NCBI GenBank assembly: GCA_001643675.2
Contig: LSRY02000029.1
Location: 62,001 to 126,000, forward strand
Reading direction: 5' to 3'
Length of the DNA: 64,000 bases
Source: Monocercomonoides exilis PA203
Lineage: Eukaryota > Protista > Preaxostyla
Part shown: positions 40,206 to 54,968 of the stretch, piece after piece
How the letters are laid out: each line of letters opens with the position of its first letter
Position numbering within the stretch: the first letter of the stretch is position 1
Program-made: the position numbers and the translations under genes
The notes under the pieces: generated by a model
What the model was told of the DNA's origin: nothing
Database searches by the model: none
Seen by the model: the letters and a program-made list of their open reading frames with translations, nothing else

Positions 40206-43200
40206 ATGACATTTGTTCTTTTCTTTATAACTTATTGCGAATTATGCTATACTCAGAGCACCAATACTGACATTGATGCATTTTCTGTTTCACAATATCG
40301 TTATTTAAATTCTTTTTTTAATTGGTATGTTCTGTTGTTAATATTGAAGTTTTACGGTTAGATATTGATTTTTCTTATAACTTATTTGAATTCCTATTTC
40401 AAAAATAAAATTTGTAGTTATAATGTTTTTAACAAAGAAAATCCTCACTGCTGCATTATTCAATCATATTTTGCATCGAAAAATTCTTCAATTCATCTTA
40501 AATCAGCGAGTTTCGTCAAAAAAGAAAACATACATATTTTTTGTATTGATAAAAATTCGGAAATTTTCTGCGTATCAACTGTATTTCTTTTTATTGATGA
40601 ACATTCAAAAAGCCCTTTCTACACTGATTTTGGATTGCTAAATCTAAAAAATATTTCTTTAACGAATGTTGGACGTTCTAAAATCCTTCCTTCTTTAATC
40701 GCATCACCTGAGAAAGCGGAATTTTTACCAAATGTGGATGGTTCGATAGACTTAGGCTCTTCAGAAATATCCAGCGCGATTTTTTCTTCTTCATTTTTGG
40801 CGTCTTCCCTAATATCAAATGTTGTTATCCGGCAATCACTTTTCAGAAATGTGTCAATTCTATCCTTATCATCCCTTTCAAAAATTGAGTCTCAAAGGAA
40901 TCATTTATATTCTTTTATAAGTTGCTGCACTTTTTCAAATGTTAACGATGTTTATAATGGTGGCATTACTTATTCACTCAAAAATCCTTTTCATTCGCTG
41001 ACGTCATTCAACAGCACATTCGAGAAATGCTTCCATACTTCCAACAGGATGTCTAATGAACCAATTATTCAGACAGGAACTAGTGATTCTTTCATACCAC
41101 TTGAACACCAAGACACATTCGATGAGAACAGCCATCAATTCGAGTGGTGCGAGTGGACATCTGCTAGCGGTGAAGACGGAGGAGCAATCTTTATTCAGAG
41201 CTCAATTGGAGCTGGAAGTGAGAGCGTTTCAACATTAACTGTTTCAAATTGTGCTTTCACGAGCTGTTCGACAACAACAACTGGAGGAGCAGGAACAGGA
41301 ACAGGAACCGGTGCCGGAGGAGCCATCTATGCAAAAGGGATTCTGCGTCTTCAAATCTCTTCCTCCAAATTCGATCAATGCACCTCAGAAACAAACGGTG
41401 GCTGCCTTTATGTGCTTCATGTGAAAGAAGTTTCTGTTTCGCAAGCAAATTTCACTGATAGCTCGGCAGGTGAAAGCGGAGGAGGGTTGCATTTCGCAGG
41501 AAGTGGCAGTGTGCAAATGAGTGAATGCCTTATGAACAACGTTGCTGCAAATGGAGCAGTTGCAAGCAATGGTGGTGGTGGAATTGTTTTAATTGTTGAA
41601 GAGCCTGCAGCAACAAAAAAGCATTCGAATTTAATTGAGAGAGATGAAAGAAGCCGCATGGCATCCGCAGGGAAATTTATTAGGAGCGTTGAAGCTGACA
41701 GCGAATTCCGAATAACAAGAAAATACAGCCAGCCTTTACGATCCATGCTTTCAAGTTCAAACGATTTTGTTTCTTCAACAACTTATCATGCAACAAACCA
41801 AGAAAGCGCCATTTTTTCCTTCTGCATGTTCCGAGACGTCAGTGCGCAGTCTGGAAAAGGGAATGCTGCGATGCTCACGATGGGCTCTGCTGTATCATCT
41901 TCACCTTTTCACTCTTGCTATGCTAAGTCAACCAGCGCAACTTCAACTGCTTCACTTGTTTATTTGACAGACACCAGCTCAGATGCGCCATCAGACTGGC
42001 TTCTTTCTGGTGCAATCTTCTATTTGGAAGCTGGCAGTGGAGCAATCGATAGAAGCTGTGGAAGCACGGCTGTTGATCCTTGCAACACATTTGCGCAGAT
42101 TACAGGGCAATTGGGAACGGATGATAATGTGCTTGTGAGAATCGGTGCTTCTACAATCGAACCAACTGCCACCATTGCGGTTGCTGGGCAGAAGGTCAGT
42201 TGTGAAGGCTCAGGAATCACATATTCAGTTATCAAGCTGGATTCTCTTCCACAGTCTTCTTCTTTTGTCAGTGTGACTGGAAACACCGGAAGTTTTGCAT
42301 TAGAGTCACTTGCAATTCGAACTTCTTTGAGCGATCCGACAACTTATCAATTTTCTGTGACACTGTTTGACATTCAAGCCGGAGCACTTTCATTATCTGA
42401 GTGCTCTGTGGATTCTATTGCGCTTTATGATAAATCATTTATTGAATTTGCATCTGGCTCGACACTCCAACTGAGCAATGTGGCATTCTCAAAGATTACA
42501 CGAATGACCAACGGTGGGTCTGTTATTCAAAAGACACTTTCATCTGAGACATTTGAGCTGAACAATATTTCGTTTGCGAACTGTGGCTGTACAAACGGCA
42601 ACGGAGGCGCATTGAATGTGGAGATTGACAGCAGCAGTTCTGTCATCATTGGAAGCGCATCCGCAGTTGCGTTTGACACATGCACTGTTTCTCCTACTGA
42701 AGAAAATGCAAACAAAGGAGGAGCAATTTTCCTGTCTGTAACAGACTCCTCTGCAAATTTTATTCTGAACAAAGTTTCATTTTCAAACTGTGATGGATGG
42801 AAAGGGAAAAACTTATTTATTTCAGCAACATCGTTGAGCGACACTCTTATTTCAACGACTTCATTGGCTTTTGAGATAGAAACAGTAGGTAACTCGACAT
42901 TTGAGGATTTGTGTGGGAGTGAGGGAGATCCGTCGGTGATTGTTCCTCTGGTGCTGTTTCTGCGGAATTTCAGCGGAGCAGCATTTGTGTCAGGGAGGGA
43001 CTCAGGCAACGATTTCCGGCTGTGCGGGTTTCGGGACTATCCGTGTGCGACGATTGATGGGGCAGCGGCAGGACGTTTTCCGGAGAGCTTGAGGGAAGTG
43101 CGTCTGCTGAACACATTTGTGTTTGGAGAGGAGGTGGAGCTGAATCAACAGAGCTACTCATTTTCCTCAGATCCTGCAAATGCTCCGATTTCAGTGAGCT

Positions 43201-46200
43201 CATCGACATCTCCGTCAGATTATCTTGTGACGTGTTCAGTTGATGTCACTTTCAAGGGATTGCTTTTTTCGTTGGGTGCTTCGATTGGGAGCAGCACATC
43301 ATTTGTTGGGAATGAAGGAGGGACGTTCACGCTGCGGGGGTGCTCATTTGGGCCAGCGAGCGAGGGTTCGTCTGTGAGCTACTCTTTTGTGAAAGGAACG
43401 GGAGGAAAAATAGTTGTTGCTGATTCGTTTTCTGTTGCGAACAGTGCTTCTGTGCTGTTTGACTCTTGTTCTCTGATTGTTCTGACAGGCAGTTGCGAAG
43501 GAGAATTAACAGGATTGGATCTCAGCAGGGTTTCGTCAAATGCAACAGGATCTGGCCTTATCTCATATTCTTCGACTGGATCGCTGAGGATAACAGGGTC
43601 AGAATTCGGGGGAGGGACAAGTGGCGGAGCAGCAATTATTTTCTCGACGGGATCGTCGCTGACGATTTCGACGACGACATTTGAGGGGATTGAGTGTGGG
43701 AGTGTGGATGGGTGTGCAGTGCATGGCACAGTTGGTACGTCAAAAAGTATCGAATTGTCGAACAACACGTTTACTGACTGTAATGCAACGAGCGGAAGTG
43801 GCGGGGCTGTGCATTTGAGTGTGGAAGACACGGGGAGTGTTCGAATTGGGGCAGAAGGGACAGAAACATCATTTGAGAAGTGTAGTGCAGGACAAAATGG
43901 AGGGAGTGGGGGATATGGAGGTGCGATCTATGTTTTGTGTGGGGCAGATGCGACAGACATTGTTCTGCGAGACTTGAGTTTTGGAGATTCTTCAGCAGGA
44001 ACAGGCAACACAGCAGATGTTGGAGGAAATAATTTGTTTATTAATGCTGATAAGATTGATAAAGTTGTTAGCTCGACAAAATTAATGTTCAACAGAGAAG
44101 GAATGATAAATGAAGATTTGATGGGAATTGATGGAGGTAACGATGCATTTCTGATACCACTTTCATTGTATCTTGATGAATTCACTCCGCCTGCATATGT
44201 TGGCGGAGACAACGCTGCTGATTTTAGCGGATGTGGAATGGCTTCTCATCCTTGTTTGACGATCCTTGGGGCAACAGAACGGTTTGGTGCAGATGAGAAA
44301 AGAGAGATTTTGCTTAGCGCTGGATTCGAATTCAGCGAGGAGCAAGCACTGAATTTGGTAGAGTGGGAAATAACAGCAACTGAAGAGAACACACATCTTT
44401 CTGTTGTGGCTGGTTCAGCTGGAAGTTTGATTGGGCTGATTGAGACAGACATCACAACAACATTTGGGAAAATTATTTTTGATCTTCCACAGACTCTTTC
44501 TCCAAGGACTTCTTTCTTAATTGCCAATTCGCAGACTTTGACGCTCACGAAATGCGGAATAAGTTTTTCTTCTTCCTCTTCATCTCCATCGTCTTCTATT
44601 TCAACTCCTTTTCTTACTGTCAGTGGCGGCGCCTCAGCCATTCTCAATGAATTTTCAGCCTCAACGCTTTCTTTCTCAACAGTTTCTGTGTTTTGTGTGG
44701 ATGCTTCTTCTGCTGCCTCTTGTTTGCATCTCGAAAACGCACAATTTTCTGACTTCACACAACTCGACCACCCAATTTTTGGCATCACTTGTGGAAGCGT
44801 TGCGTCATCTGATCCAGCTTTTGCAGTGTTGTCTTTGCATAGTTGTTCATTTACCTCAATCGAAGTTGATCCAACAGACAGTTGCGCATGCCTTTTAGAT
44901 GGCACATTAACTTTACCTGTTTCTCTGCTGAACTGCACGTTGAGCTTACTTACATCCGCTGGCTCTGCGGAAGGAGGCGGTTTGAAAGTTCAACTCGACA
45001 CAGGTGGTTCATTGGCAGTCAAAGGAACATCTGCTGAAGAGACTTCGTCAATTTCGCAGTGTTCATGTTCAGCTTCTTCGGGGAAAGGAGGTTTTTTGTT
45101 TCTGAACAGCGCTTCCGCAAGCGACAATTTTGAGTTTGCTCAGCTGCTTCTGTCGCAGAATGAAGCGTTTGTGGGGAAGCACATGTATCTCCTCTGCAGC
45201 AGCTTGACACAAGCGATTGTTCCAAGTGCGTTCCAGTTTGCGCTGCTGATTGCTGAAGAAGGCAGGGAGAATGCGCTGATAGGGCAGGATACAACGCGCC
45301 CTTCCGATTGTGACTTGTACCGGTTTATTGTGGGCTATTTTGCCGAGACAATCGAAGTTGATGGCGGAGCTGGCAGTGATGAGTTGTACTGTGGAGATGA
45401 AAATTATCCGTGTGGTACTGTTGATTTCGGCTTTGAGCGCTTCAAACAAGATGCACAGAAAACTTTGGTTATTTCTAGCTCAACGCAGCTGAATGGGGTG
45501 CTGGATGTGAGTGATGCAACTGTGAAAGTTAAAGTTGATGCGGTTCTTGTGGATGTAGAGGTTTCCCCATTAATTGATGGCCCTCAGAGTTCTGTTCTTG
45601 TTTCTTCTTCAGCAACGAGTTTTGAGTGGATTGCTTTCAAATTGCCTTCGACATTCACTTCGAGTTATGAAGCGCTGATTTTGTTGAATTCGGCTGAGGG
45701 CGATTTGAAAGTTGCTTCTTGTACTTTTGCGATGCTTACGGGGCTTACAGATGCTTTGGCTTATCGTCTTATCACTTCGATTGGCAAGCTCCATATTTCA
45801 TCGACAAACATTGACGGTTTGCAAACAACTGTGCCTTTGTTTGATTTTCCAGTTTCTTCGACAACGCCTTCAACTTCAATTTCTTCATCTTTATCGTCTT
45901 TATCGTCTTTGTGTTCATCATCATCTTCTTCTTTTAAGGAATCTTCCAATGCTGATGAATTGTTCACTTTCTTCAATGCCACTTTAACAGACATCACTGT
46001 CCCAACAGCAACTTCTCCAGTTCTGTTGGATTCTTCTTTGTCTGCTTCTTTTCTGATTGACGGCTGCAAATTACAGACGCTGAAGTCTCAAAGCAGTCAA
46101 GAGGGAGGAGGAATGAAATTAGCATTGCAATCCTCTGGCAAATTTGTACTGAATGACACAACTTTGACTCAATGTGCAGCAGAAAGCTCAACAGAAGGCA

Positions 46201-49200
46201 AAGGAGGCGGTGTTTTCATTGACTGCTCAGCGGGAACACACGACTTTGAGCTAAAAGAGGTGACATTCACAGATTGCTCTGCTTTCGTTGGGACGAATCT
46301 GTTTGTTTTGTCGTCTGGGCTGAACGGGACGATTACTTCGGCACACTTGAATTTTGACTTAACGGAATTTTTGAGCCAAAGAAACGCTTTTGTTGGCAGC
46401 GACACGGAACTTACAGAGAAAAGCCTGCTTTTGTTCATTGTGCCAAGGAAAGAGACTTCTGTTTTTGTTTCTTCTTCTTCTTCTTCTGCAGCGGATCTAA
46501 TTGGCTGTGGAAGCAATGAAGATCCGTGCTATTCATTCTGGAAGGGCATGCAGAACACTGACAGGACATCTGGCTCCACAATACAAGTATCCATCATTGG
46601 CAGTGCAGAAATCGAAGACCCGTTTGACTTGTCGCTCTGCTCCGTGGCTTCCAGTGACGCCAGCGCCAAATGCACTCTGTCGTTCATAGCTGCAATTTCT
46701 GGTGATTCACACACAAACGTGCTGACAACCACAAATTCCTTGTCATTTGCCAGGATCGTTTTGTCGCTTCCTTCGTCTTTCACAACAGAAGAAGCTGTTC
46801 TTGTTACTTCTTCAACAGAAGATGCTGTGCTTTCCTTCGGAGATTGCGTATTTTCCCCTCAAAATTCCGATCACATCACTTTTTCGCTTGTTTTAGTGGA
46901 TGCCGGCAAGTTCGAAATCAACAATTGCTATCTGACTCTTGCTTCATTTGAATCTCAGCCGTTTCTGTTCAGTCAGTCAGCTGAAATTACACTAAACTCA
47001 TTTATTGTATCGAGTGTGACGTTGAGTGCTGAACCGCTGTTTAGCTTAACATCTGCTTCAGCAACAACTTCTTCTTCCACTTCTTTTTTATCTTCTTCTG
47101 TTTCAAAGCCAAATTCTGATTCAAACGCAGTTTCACCATCATTCACTCTCGAATTATGCAGCTTCTCTGATGTTAGTGCTGTTGATATTGACAAGGCTGC
47201 ACTTTTATCTTCCATCTCTTCTTCTTCTTCTTCTTCTCAACTCTCAACAACTCTTATCATTGATTCCTGCGATATAACTTCCTCTTCTTCCACTTCAAGC
47301 ACAAATGGGGGTGCGTTATTAATTTCTCTTTCTGAAACAGGAGCGCTTGTTGTGAATGGCACCACGACAACATCCGGATGCACATGCGAAACCGGATCTG
47401 AAGGAAAAGGAGGATTTTTATGCCTGCTTTGTCCAACAGACAACGATAACTTTGCACTGAGTGGGTTAACTTTCTCGTCAAACAATGCATTTGCAGGGAA
47501 AGACCTGTTTTTGTCGTGTGCTGACTTGACAACAAAAGTCAGCAGCACCTCATTCGCCTTCGCTTTAGACATCGACGAAGAGCAAAGAGCAAATTCTCTA
47601 ATTGGAATCGATCGAGCAGGATTCACAGTAAATACTGACTTGTTTATCTTCATCACTGGGCTGAATCTGCATTCACTCGCTGTCAACGGGGAAAGCGGGA
47701 CAAACGGGGTGTTCTGCGGAGACACAGTGCCGTGCCAGTCTGTTGATTATGCGCTTTCTCTGTTTGGAGGAGAAGGAGAGAGGACTGTTGTGCTGACGGG
47801 CAATTCGCCGCTGAAGGCAGAAGTGGCGATGGATCAGCATGTGGTGAAGAGCGGAGTGGAAGAGACAGGAGGAGGAAGTGAAGGAGGAGAAGCTGTGATT
47901 GTGAAGGCAGGTTTAATTCTGAGTGATTCAATGACTTCTTCTACAGGAATTGCAATGACAACAGTTGGATCACTTAAGTTTGAGCAGATTGCATTTACGC
48001 TTCCTGCTTCCTTTGTGAATGCTATGAATGTGCTGATCTCATCCACCACTGCAGCCAGTGAATTAACTCTTTCTCATTGCAGTTTTGCCAAGCAGACAGA
48101 TTTCAGCACAGCTGTTTCTTTCTCTTTGGTTGCTTCGTCGAGTGGCAAAGTGATTGTGGATGATGTTTCCTTAAGCTACTTTGAATTCTCTATTTCTCCT
48201 TTTGTTTTGTCGCAAACAGCTGAAGTTAGCATAAAGGCGATGATTGTGAATACGATCTCACTCGATCAGATATCCTTCTTTTCTCATCCAACAACAACAG
48301 CGTCATCATTCTCATCATCAACAACAGCATTTTCTTCTTCTTCTTCTTCTTCTTCTTTATCTTCTTCAAATCGATTAATAAACGATATAACTCCTTGTCT
48401 GAACTTCGAAAATTGCCAATTTAATGGACTCACAACCACAGCTGGAACAACAGTTCCAGCTTTTTCCTCCGTCGCATCCCTCATTTGCCCCCTTTCCATC
48501 ACAAACTGCACAATCACTGCTCATTCTTCCACCGAAAGCGAAGCCGGTGGGTCGATTCAGCTCGTTTTGAGCGCCGGCGGTTCTTTGAGCGTGAAAGGGG
48601 CAGAAGGCGAGGCAATGCAAGTGTCTCAATGTGTCTGCTCAACATCAAGTGGAAAAGGAGGATTTCTGCATTTGCAGTTTGATGATCCAAGGGCAGTTTT
48701 TGCAATGGATTCAATTGCATTCCAAGAAAACGATGCTGCCTTTGGCAAAGTGCTCTTTCTGGACGCTGCCGATTTGGGTGCTGTTTTGAGGGAAGAGGCA
48801 ATCACGTTTGATCTGGAGGCGCTCACAGATGCTGACCTGCAAGGGTTTGAAGACGGATATCGTGTGGATCCTGTACCACTGAAGGCATTTTTGCTGCCTT
48901 TTGAAGTACCCGCAAGAGTTGGAGGAGAAAACAAAGCAGATTTCCGGAGATGCGGACTTGTGAGTTATCCGTGTGAAACCATCAGTTTTGCTGCTTCTGC
49001 TCGATTTCCTTCTTCTCCACGTGAAATTGCATTGAGTCCGGATTTTGTGTGGGAAGAGGAAATGAAAATGGATTCGTTTGATTGGAGCATCGAATGCAAA
49101 GACGAACAGAGCGCAATTGTTGTGTCTTCTCCTTCTGCGCCAACGGTGCAATCATTCATCGAATCAACAAAGTCAAACAAGATTTCCAACATTCTTTTTG

Positions 49201-52200
49201 CTCTTCCACAAACACTTGGCGGAACAGCTGTGCATCTTGTGAAAGTGACTGCAGAATCACTAAGTCTGGCGAATTGTGGGGTTGCAATGGCAGATGGGGT
49301 CACAGATATATCTTTCATTCCATTTTACGTATCGTCTGGAAAGCTGTCATTGTCACTCTTTTCTTCTTCTTCTTCAATTGATTCTTCTTCGTCTTCGTCA
49401 TTAGTTCTTCAAAATGTCCCACTTGTTTCATTGGAAGGAGTTGATTCTATTGGAATTCTTGACAAAGTTACACTTACTGATGTTACTACGTCATATGAAA
49501 GTGGGTTGATTGAACTGAAAACAGACTCCAAGCTGTCAGTTTCTAACTCGCATATAACTTTCCCGAGTGCTCCTTCGTCTTCTCCATTCATTTCTTCTTC
49601 TGCTGCGAAGGAAATCACAATCATAAACACAGAATTAAGCAACTTTTCGCGCGCAGACAAAAACGGCGGAGCGATTGAATGTGATTTGAAAGAAGGGGCT
49701 TTATTGGCATTGGAAGGAGCATCGTTTTTGAGTTGTGTTGCAAACGGAGGAAATGGCGGAGGTTTGTGGGTGAAGATGCAGCAGGGCTCATCTTTCAGCA
49801 TTGCTAATTCAACAGGAAATGCTGAAGAAAGTGAAGGAGATGAAGGAGAAGGAGAAGGAGAACAGAAAGTTAGCAGCTTTGGAGCTTGTGAAGCGAAGAA
49901 GAAAGCAGATGACACTTTGGGTTATGGAGGCGGTTTATTCTTGTCTTTAGATGATGAAGCAACAGACTTTATGCTGAAAGATGTAACATTCAATGAATGC
50001 AATGCAGAAAATGAAGGAAAAAATATTTTCGTATCAGCAAATGAATTTGTCGCTCTTTCCCTTCAAACAAAGTTTTTGTTTGGCGCTGATTTGACCGTTT
50101 TAGATGAATTGAATGGCTTTGAAAGATCAACCACAGACGAAACATATTGCATTCCTCTTGTTGTGTTCCTCCGTTCATTTTCTGAGCATTGCTATGTCAG
50201 CCAGTTATCAGGGCACGATTTCAGCGGGTGTGGCTTTAGCGATGTTGCGTGCCTTTCAATCGAAAAAGCAGTTGATGTACGATTTGCTGATATGAAAAGG
50301 CAGATTGTGATGGCAGATCCGTTTTTGTGGGAGAAAGAGATAGAACTTGATCAGTCTGAGTGGGAAATATCATACGAAAATCCAACTGTTGCCACAATTA
50401 GCCCAAATCCAGCGCCAACTCAAGACTCTTTCATTCATTCCACACAAAACTCCAAACTCACAAACATTTCCTTTGAAGTTCCCGCTTCTTTATCTGGTTC
50501 TGCCTCTTCTCTCATTTTGAATGAAGACAACTTGCTCAGCTTGAATATCTGCATTTTTGCTTTGTCCGCCAGCGAAACTGGGAGTGTGGGGTATTCTCTT
50601 CTTTCTGTGAGCTCTGGTTCAATTCTGCTGACAAGCTGTTCAATTGGCAGCATTTCGTTCACTGTTGCTCCGCTTCTATGTTCGGCTGATTCTGTTGAAT
50701 GCAAATTGAATACGACGACTTTCTCTTTGATTGACCTTACAGGCTGCAGACTCATTGAAAACGCAGGAAATTCCTTGGAATTGGTTGACTGCGAATTCAT
50801 AAATGTAACTTCTGATTTGGAAGGCAGTGTATTTTCTTTGAATGTAGCAGGCACGCAGACTGTGAGTATAACAGGCGGAAAATGCGAAAATTGTTCAGTT
50901 TCTGATGGAATTGACGGAGGTGCGTTTGCATTGAACTTGGCAGGAACAGGAAGCATTGAAGTAGATGGGATTGAGTTCAGCCAATGCAAAGCTCCAAATG
51001 CAAAAGGAGGTGCAATAAAACTTATCATTGACGATAGCAGCGAAGAAAATTCATTGAATTTCAAACTGCACAACTTGAAGTTTGAAGCAGATGAAGCAGC
51101 TATTGGTGTTGATGTGTATGTTGAATGTTCAGATGCCCTGGGAATGATGAAGAACGAACAATGGAGCGGAAGTACGGGCACGGAGAAGGAGTCAATTTGG
51201 GTGTATGACACAACACTTTCAGAGGGGACATCGATTCTTTTGCTGTTCAATAAGCCATCAACCAGCAAGATTGTGACGGCAAGTAATGGAGAAGATTTGC
51301 TGGCTTGTGGAAGCGCAGAATATCCGTGCAAAAGTGTGGAGAGAGCGAAAATTGAGCTGGAGAGATTTACATATTCGACAATAGAAGTGGCTGATACATC
51401 TGTTTTGGAGAACGAAATCAACTTCGAAGGAAAGAAGTTGACTTTGAATGGAGCGGCAAAAACACAAAAGACTGTTTTGGTTTCGTCAGATGGGCGTATT
51501 CTCAATGAAGTACCAACATCGTCATCGCAAATTGAAACCAAAATTGAGTATTTGATTTTCTCGCTTCCAGCATCCTTAACCACAAGCAGTGAATTCATCT
51601 TGTCAAGCAACGCAAACACAGCCATAAACTTCTGCTCATTTGCAGCAACTTCTGCTGTTACGCCTGTTGAATATCTGCTTTTGAATGTTGCGTCAGGCAC
51701 ATTTTCTATCAGTCATAGTTCATTGAAACAAATCAAGCTGCAAAATGGTGCATTCATCTTTAGCTATGCTGCATCCACAACTATTGCCAATTCAGAATTT
51801 GACTCCATTCAATTGCTAAAGAGCTTGTTTACAATGTACGAGCCAGCCACACGCACTGGAAATGCTGTTCAGACACTCACAATTCAAAGCAGCAACTTCA
51901 AAAACATCTCAGAAACGAGCACTTCCTCTGCATCTCCTTCTGTTTTACTCTCTCCTTCTGCAACTGTTCCGCTTGATTTGCACATCGATGATTGCTCATT
52001 TGATCAATGCACAGCACCATCGTGCGAGAAAGGAGGAGCGATTTACTTCTGTTACTCGAATGAAACGCGCTTTGTGGTTGAAAACTCGAACTTCACAAAC
52101 TGCTCCACCAATGCTGGGAACGGAGGCGGAGTTTATATCGAATGTGAGCCAGAGTCATTCCCATTGAACCAGCAGGAGCTGAACTTTGAGATTCGCGATG

Positions 52201-54968
52201 TGTACTTTGCAGACAACGCAGCAACGTGTGGTAGGGATGTTTTCATTGTTTCAGACCAATTAAACAATTTGAACGACAGCCACTTCAACCTCAACTATTC
52301 GATGTCCACATTTCTTGTGGGGAATGCCATTGAAGGAACAATTGATGAGAGTGAACCAGATTCAGTCGAAGATTTGGTGCCTCAAATACAGATCTTCCGA
52401 GCAGCTTCTGTTATGTGCTCTTCCAACGGCAATATTTCTGCGAGTAACGGAAGAAACTGTGGTATGCAGTCGAATCCGTGCTTGACGGTATCCGGTGCTC
52501 TGAATCATCTGTGGGGCCGCTCAGGAAAAGTGGAGATTCAGGCACAGTCGCACTTCGAGGGGAGAGAAACGCTTTCTTCGGTATCTGTTGTTCCGTATGC
52601 TTCGACTGCAGGAAACAACAGCGCAACTATCTTGTTTAATCAGACGTTGAATATGACGGCAGTTGGAATGTCAACGATTGTCACTCAGAATGAATGCTCT
52701 TTCAAACAGATTGTGTTTTTATTTGACCGACAGTACAGCTCACAGGACAGCTCTCTCTTTTATCAGCAAAACGGGAAACTCAACTTCGATTCTTGCTCTT
52801 TCTCTGCTGGCACTTTTGCAGGCTTTGCAGTCAATCACAGTTTTGTTTCAGTTGGCGGTGGGGCTTTTGTAGCAAAGCAGATGACGATCAAAGGATTTCG
52901 AATGTCTTCTTCTGCTTTTGTTCTCAACAGGGGATGTTCGGGTGATTTCAGCAAAGTTGCAGTTGATTCTGTTACTTTTGCTAATTCTTCTCATTTTGTG
53001 TTAGCTTCGAATGGAAAACTGACTGTTAACACAGCAAATATGACGAATCTGAACATGGCAGACGACCTTTTTGCACTGAAAACAGCTGAAAATGTGACTC
53101 TTTCGCGAATAACAGCACGAAATGTGTACTTCTCCTCTGGTTGCCTGATCAGCTTGAAGAAAGAAAGCAGAAGCAATTTGAATGAAGCTTCACTCAAAAC
53201 ATCGAATGAGCATGCATTTTCTGTTGCATTGGCCGATGAAACGTCTCTCTTTCTGCTTTCTTCGAGTTCTTTTTCAAACATCTCAACGCGCTCTTCGCTT
53301 TCTCCTGCCATTTTGCTGGCTGAACAGATAAGTAGCAGCATTTCTGTAAAAAGTATTGATTGCACTTCTTGTTCTTCATTGTTTTTGGAAGGAAGCGTAA
53401 TTTCGATGAAGAACTGTGGAGATGTTACAATGGATGCTGTTAGCTGTGATGGCGGTATTGTTACTAGTGATTCGAATGATAATGAATTGATCTCACAAAC
53501 GGATGAAGATTACTTAGAATTAATTCAAACCTTTTCTTCTTCTTCTTCTTCTTCTTCATTTCTTTCAAAAATTTCTCACGCAGGACAAAACTCACATGAA
53601 GAAGTCTGCGAATGGACTGGTTCTGCCATCAGCTTGATGAATTGCTTTGCTTCTCTCAATTCGCTGAAATTGAACAACTTTTCTTCTGGTGCATTGTCTT
53701 TCACTGACTCAGCAATCAACCTCACTCAGCTGTATTTGATCAACAACGGACCAAAATTAGCTAATTTTGGATCCACAAGGAGGAATATTTTGTGCAAAGG
53801 AAACAATTTAGATGCGGAATATTTGAATTTGGTGAGTGTGAAAGGAGGAGATGGAAGTGGAGCTAATTCTTCTCTTTGGATTTTGAATAAAGGCTGCAAT
53901 TTGAAAGGAATTGCATCGGAAGCCATTTCGTCGTTTTATATTCCACAACTCAGTTCGGCAACTGCGGAGGAAGTTGGAGAGACGTATAAAATAACGTTTA
54001 ATGGGCACAATCTGTATCCTTGCTATTTGGCATATCAAGTGAGCTTTGTGGATGACAAAACAAGTGTGAAATTTTTTTATATAATTTTATGTACTTTTCA
54101 TATTTTCTATATATATATTTTTATATTGATACAAATGTTTATATAAATAAATATATTAATTTATTTAGATTCCATAAGTGATCAATCACGCGAATCAAAC
54201 TTATCCAACAATTTCTCCACATCAATTTCTTCTTCCTCTTCCTCCTCCTCCTCCTCCTCCTCCTCCTCCTCCTCCTCTCTTCTTTCTGAAGAATCGCCTA
54301 CAATTTCCCAATATTCTTTTTCTGATTCTGGCTTCATCAACGAAACAACAGCGGTTGGCTTTGTTCCATCGTCTGCAATTAATCCTCATCGAAGCAGCAA
54401 AAAAGTGGCCGTTTCGCTTATATTCTCTGCTTCTTTCCCGCTCCAGGCTTCCACAGCCACAATAGAGACGCAACGTATTGTTGTATTAAATAGCACAGCG
54501 ATTGATGCAGATGACGGAAAGAACAAAACGGATCCTAGTGATGGAGGAGATGAAAGGATAACTGAATCACCAAACGAACAATCAGGCAAAAAGGTGAAGC
54601 AGATGAAGACAATGATGGTCGTTTCTATTGTTGTTATTGCAGTTGTTGTGGTGATTGTGGTTGTGCTGGTTGTTGTGTGTGTTATTGTGTGGCGTGTGCA
54701 GGCCAGCCACAACAAGAAAATGGCCAGCATTTACGCGTCAGATGAGGTCGGTTTGGCGGCTTCTGGAAGGGACTCTGGAAATGGCAATTGCAGTTCACGA
54801 ACAAGACTGACAGAGACGAGTGTTTCTGAACCGCCGAGAGAAAGCATAGGAGAAAGAGCAGCGGGAACAACTTGGGATTTTGATAGTGTTGAAAACGAGA
54901 TGAAGGCTGTTGCGAATCCCGTGGCAGCAAACCGCCGTTCTGCTTCTTCGACTGCTCGTTCGACGTAA
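40206..54968 (+). CDS. Giant (~4854 aa) type-I membrane surface protein with 10 Cys-capped beta-helix-like (GGA[IVL]/FxxC/FxxN) modules; exons 40206-40324, 40418-54063, 54169-54968
   Basis: 13.7-kb ORF. A hydrophobic leader MTFVLFFITYCELCYT joins through a phase-2 intron (GTATGT..TAG). A phase-1 intron (54064-54168, GTGTGA..TAG) joins the final exon carrying the TM helix MMVVSIVVIAVVVVIVVVLVVVCVIVW. Ten CGxxxx[P/A]C motifs. Confidence 0.88.
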
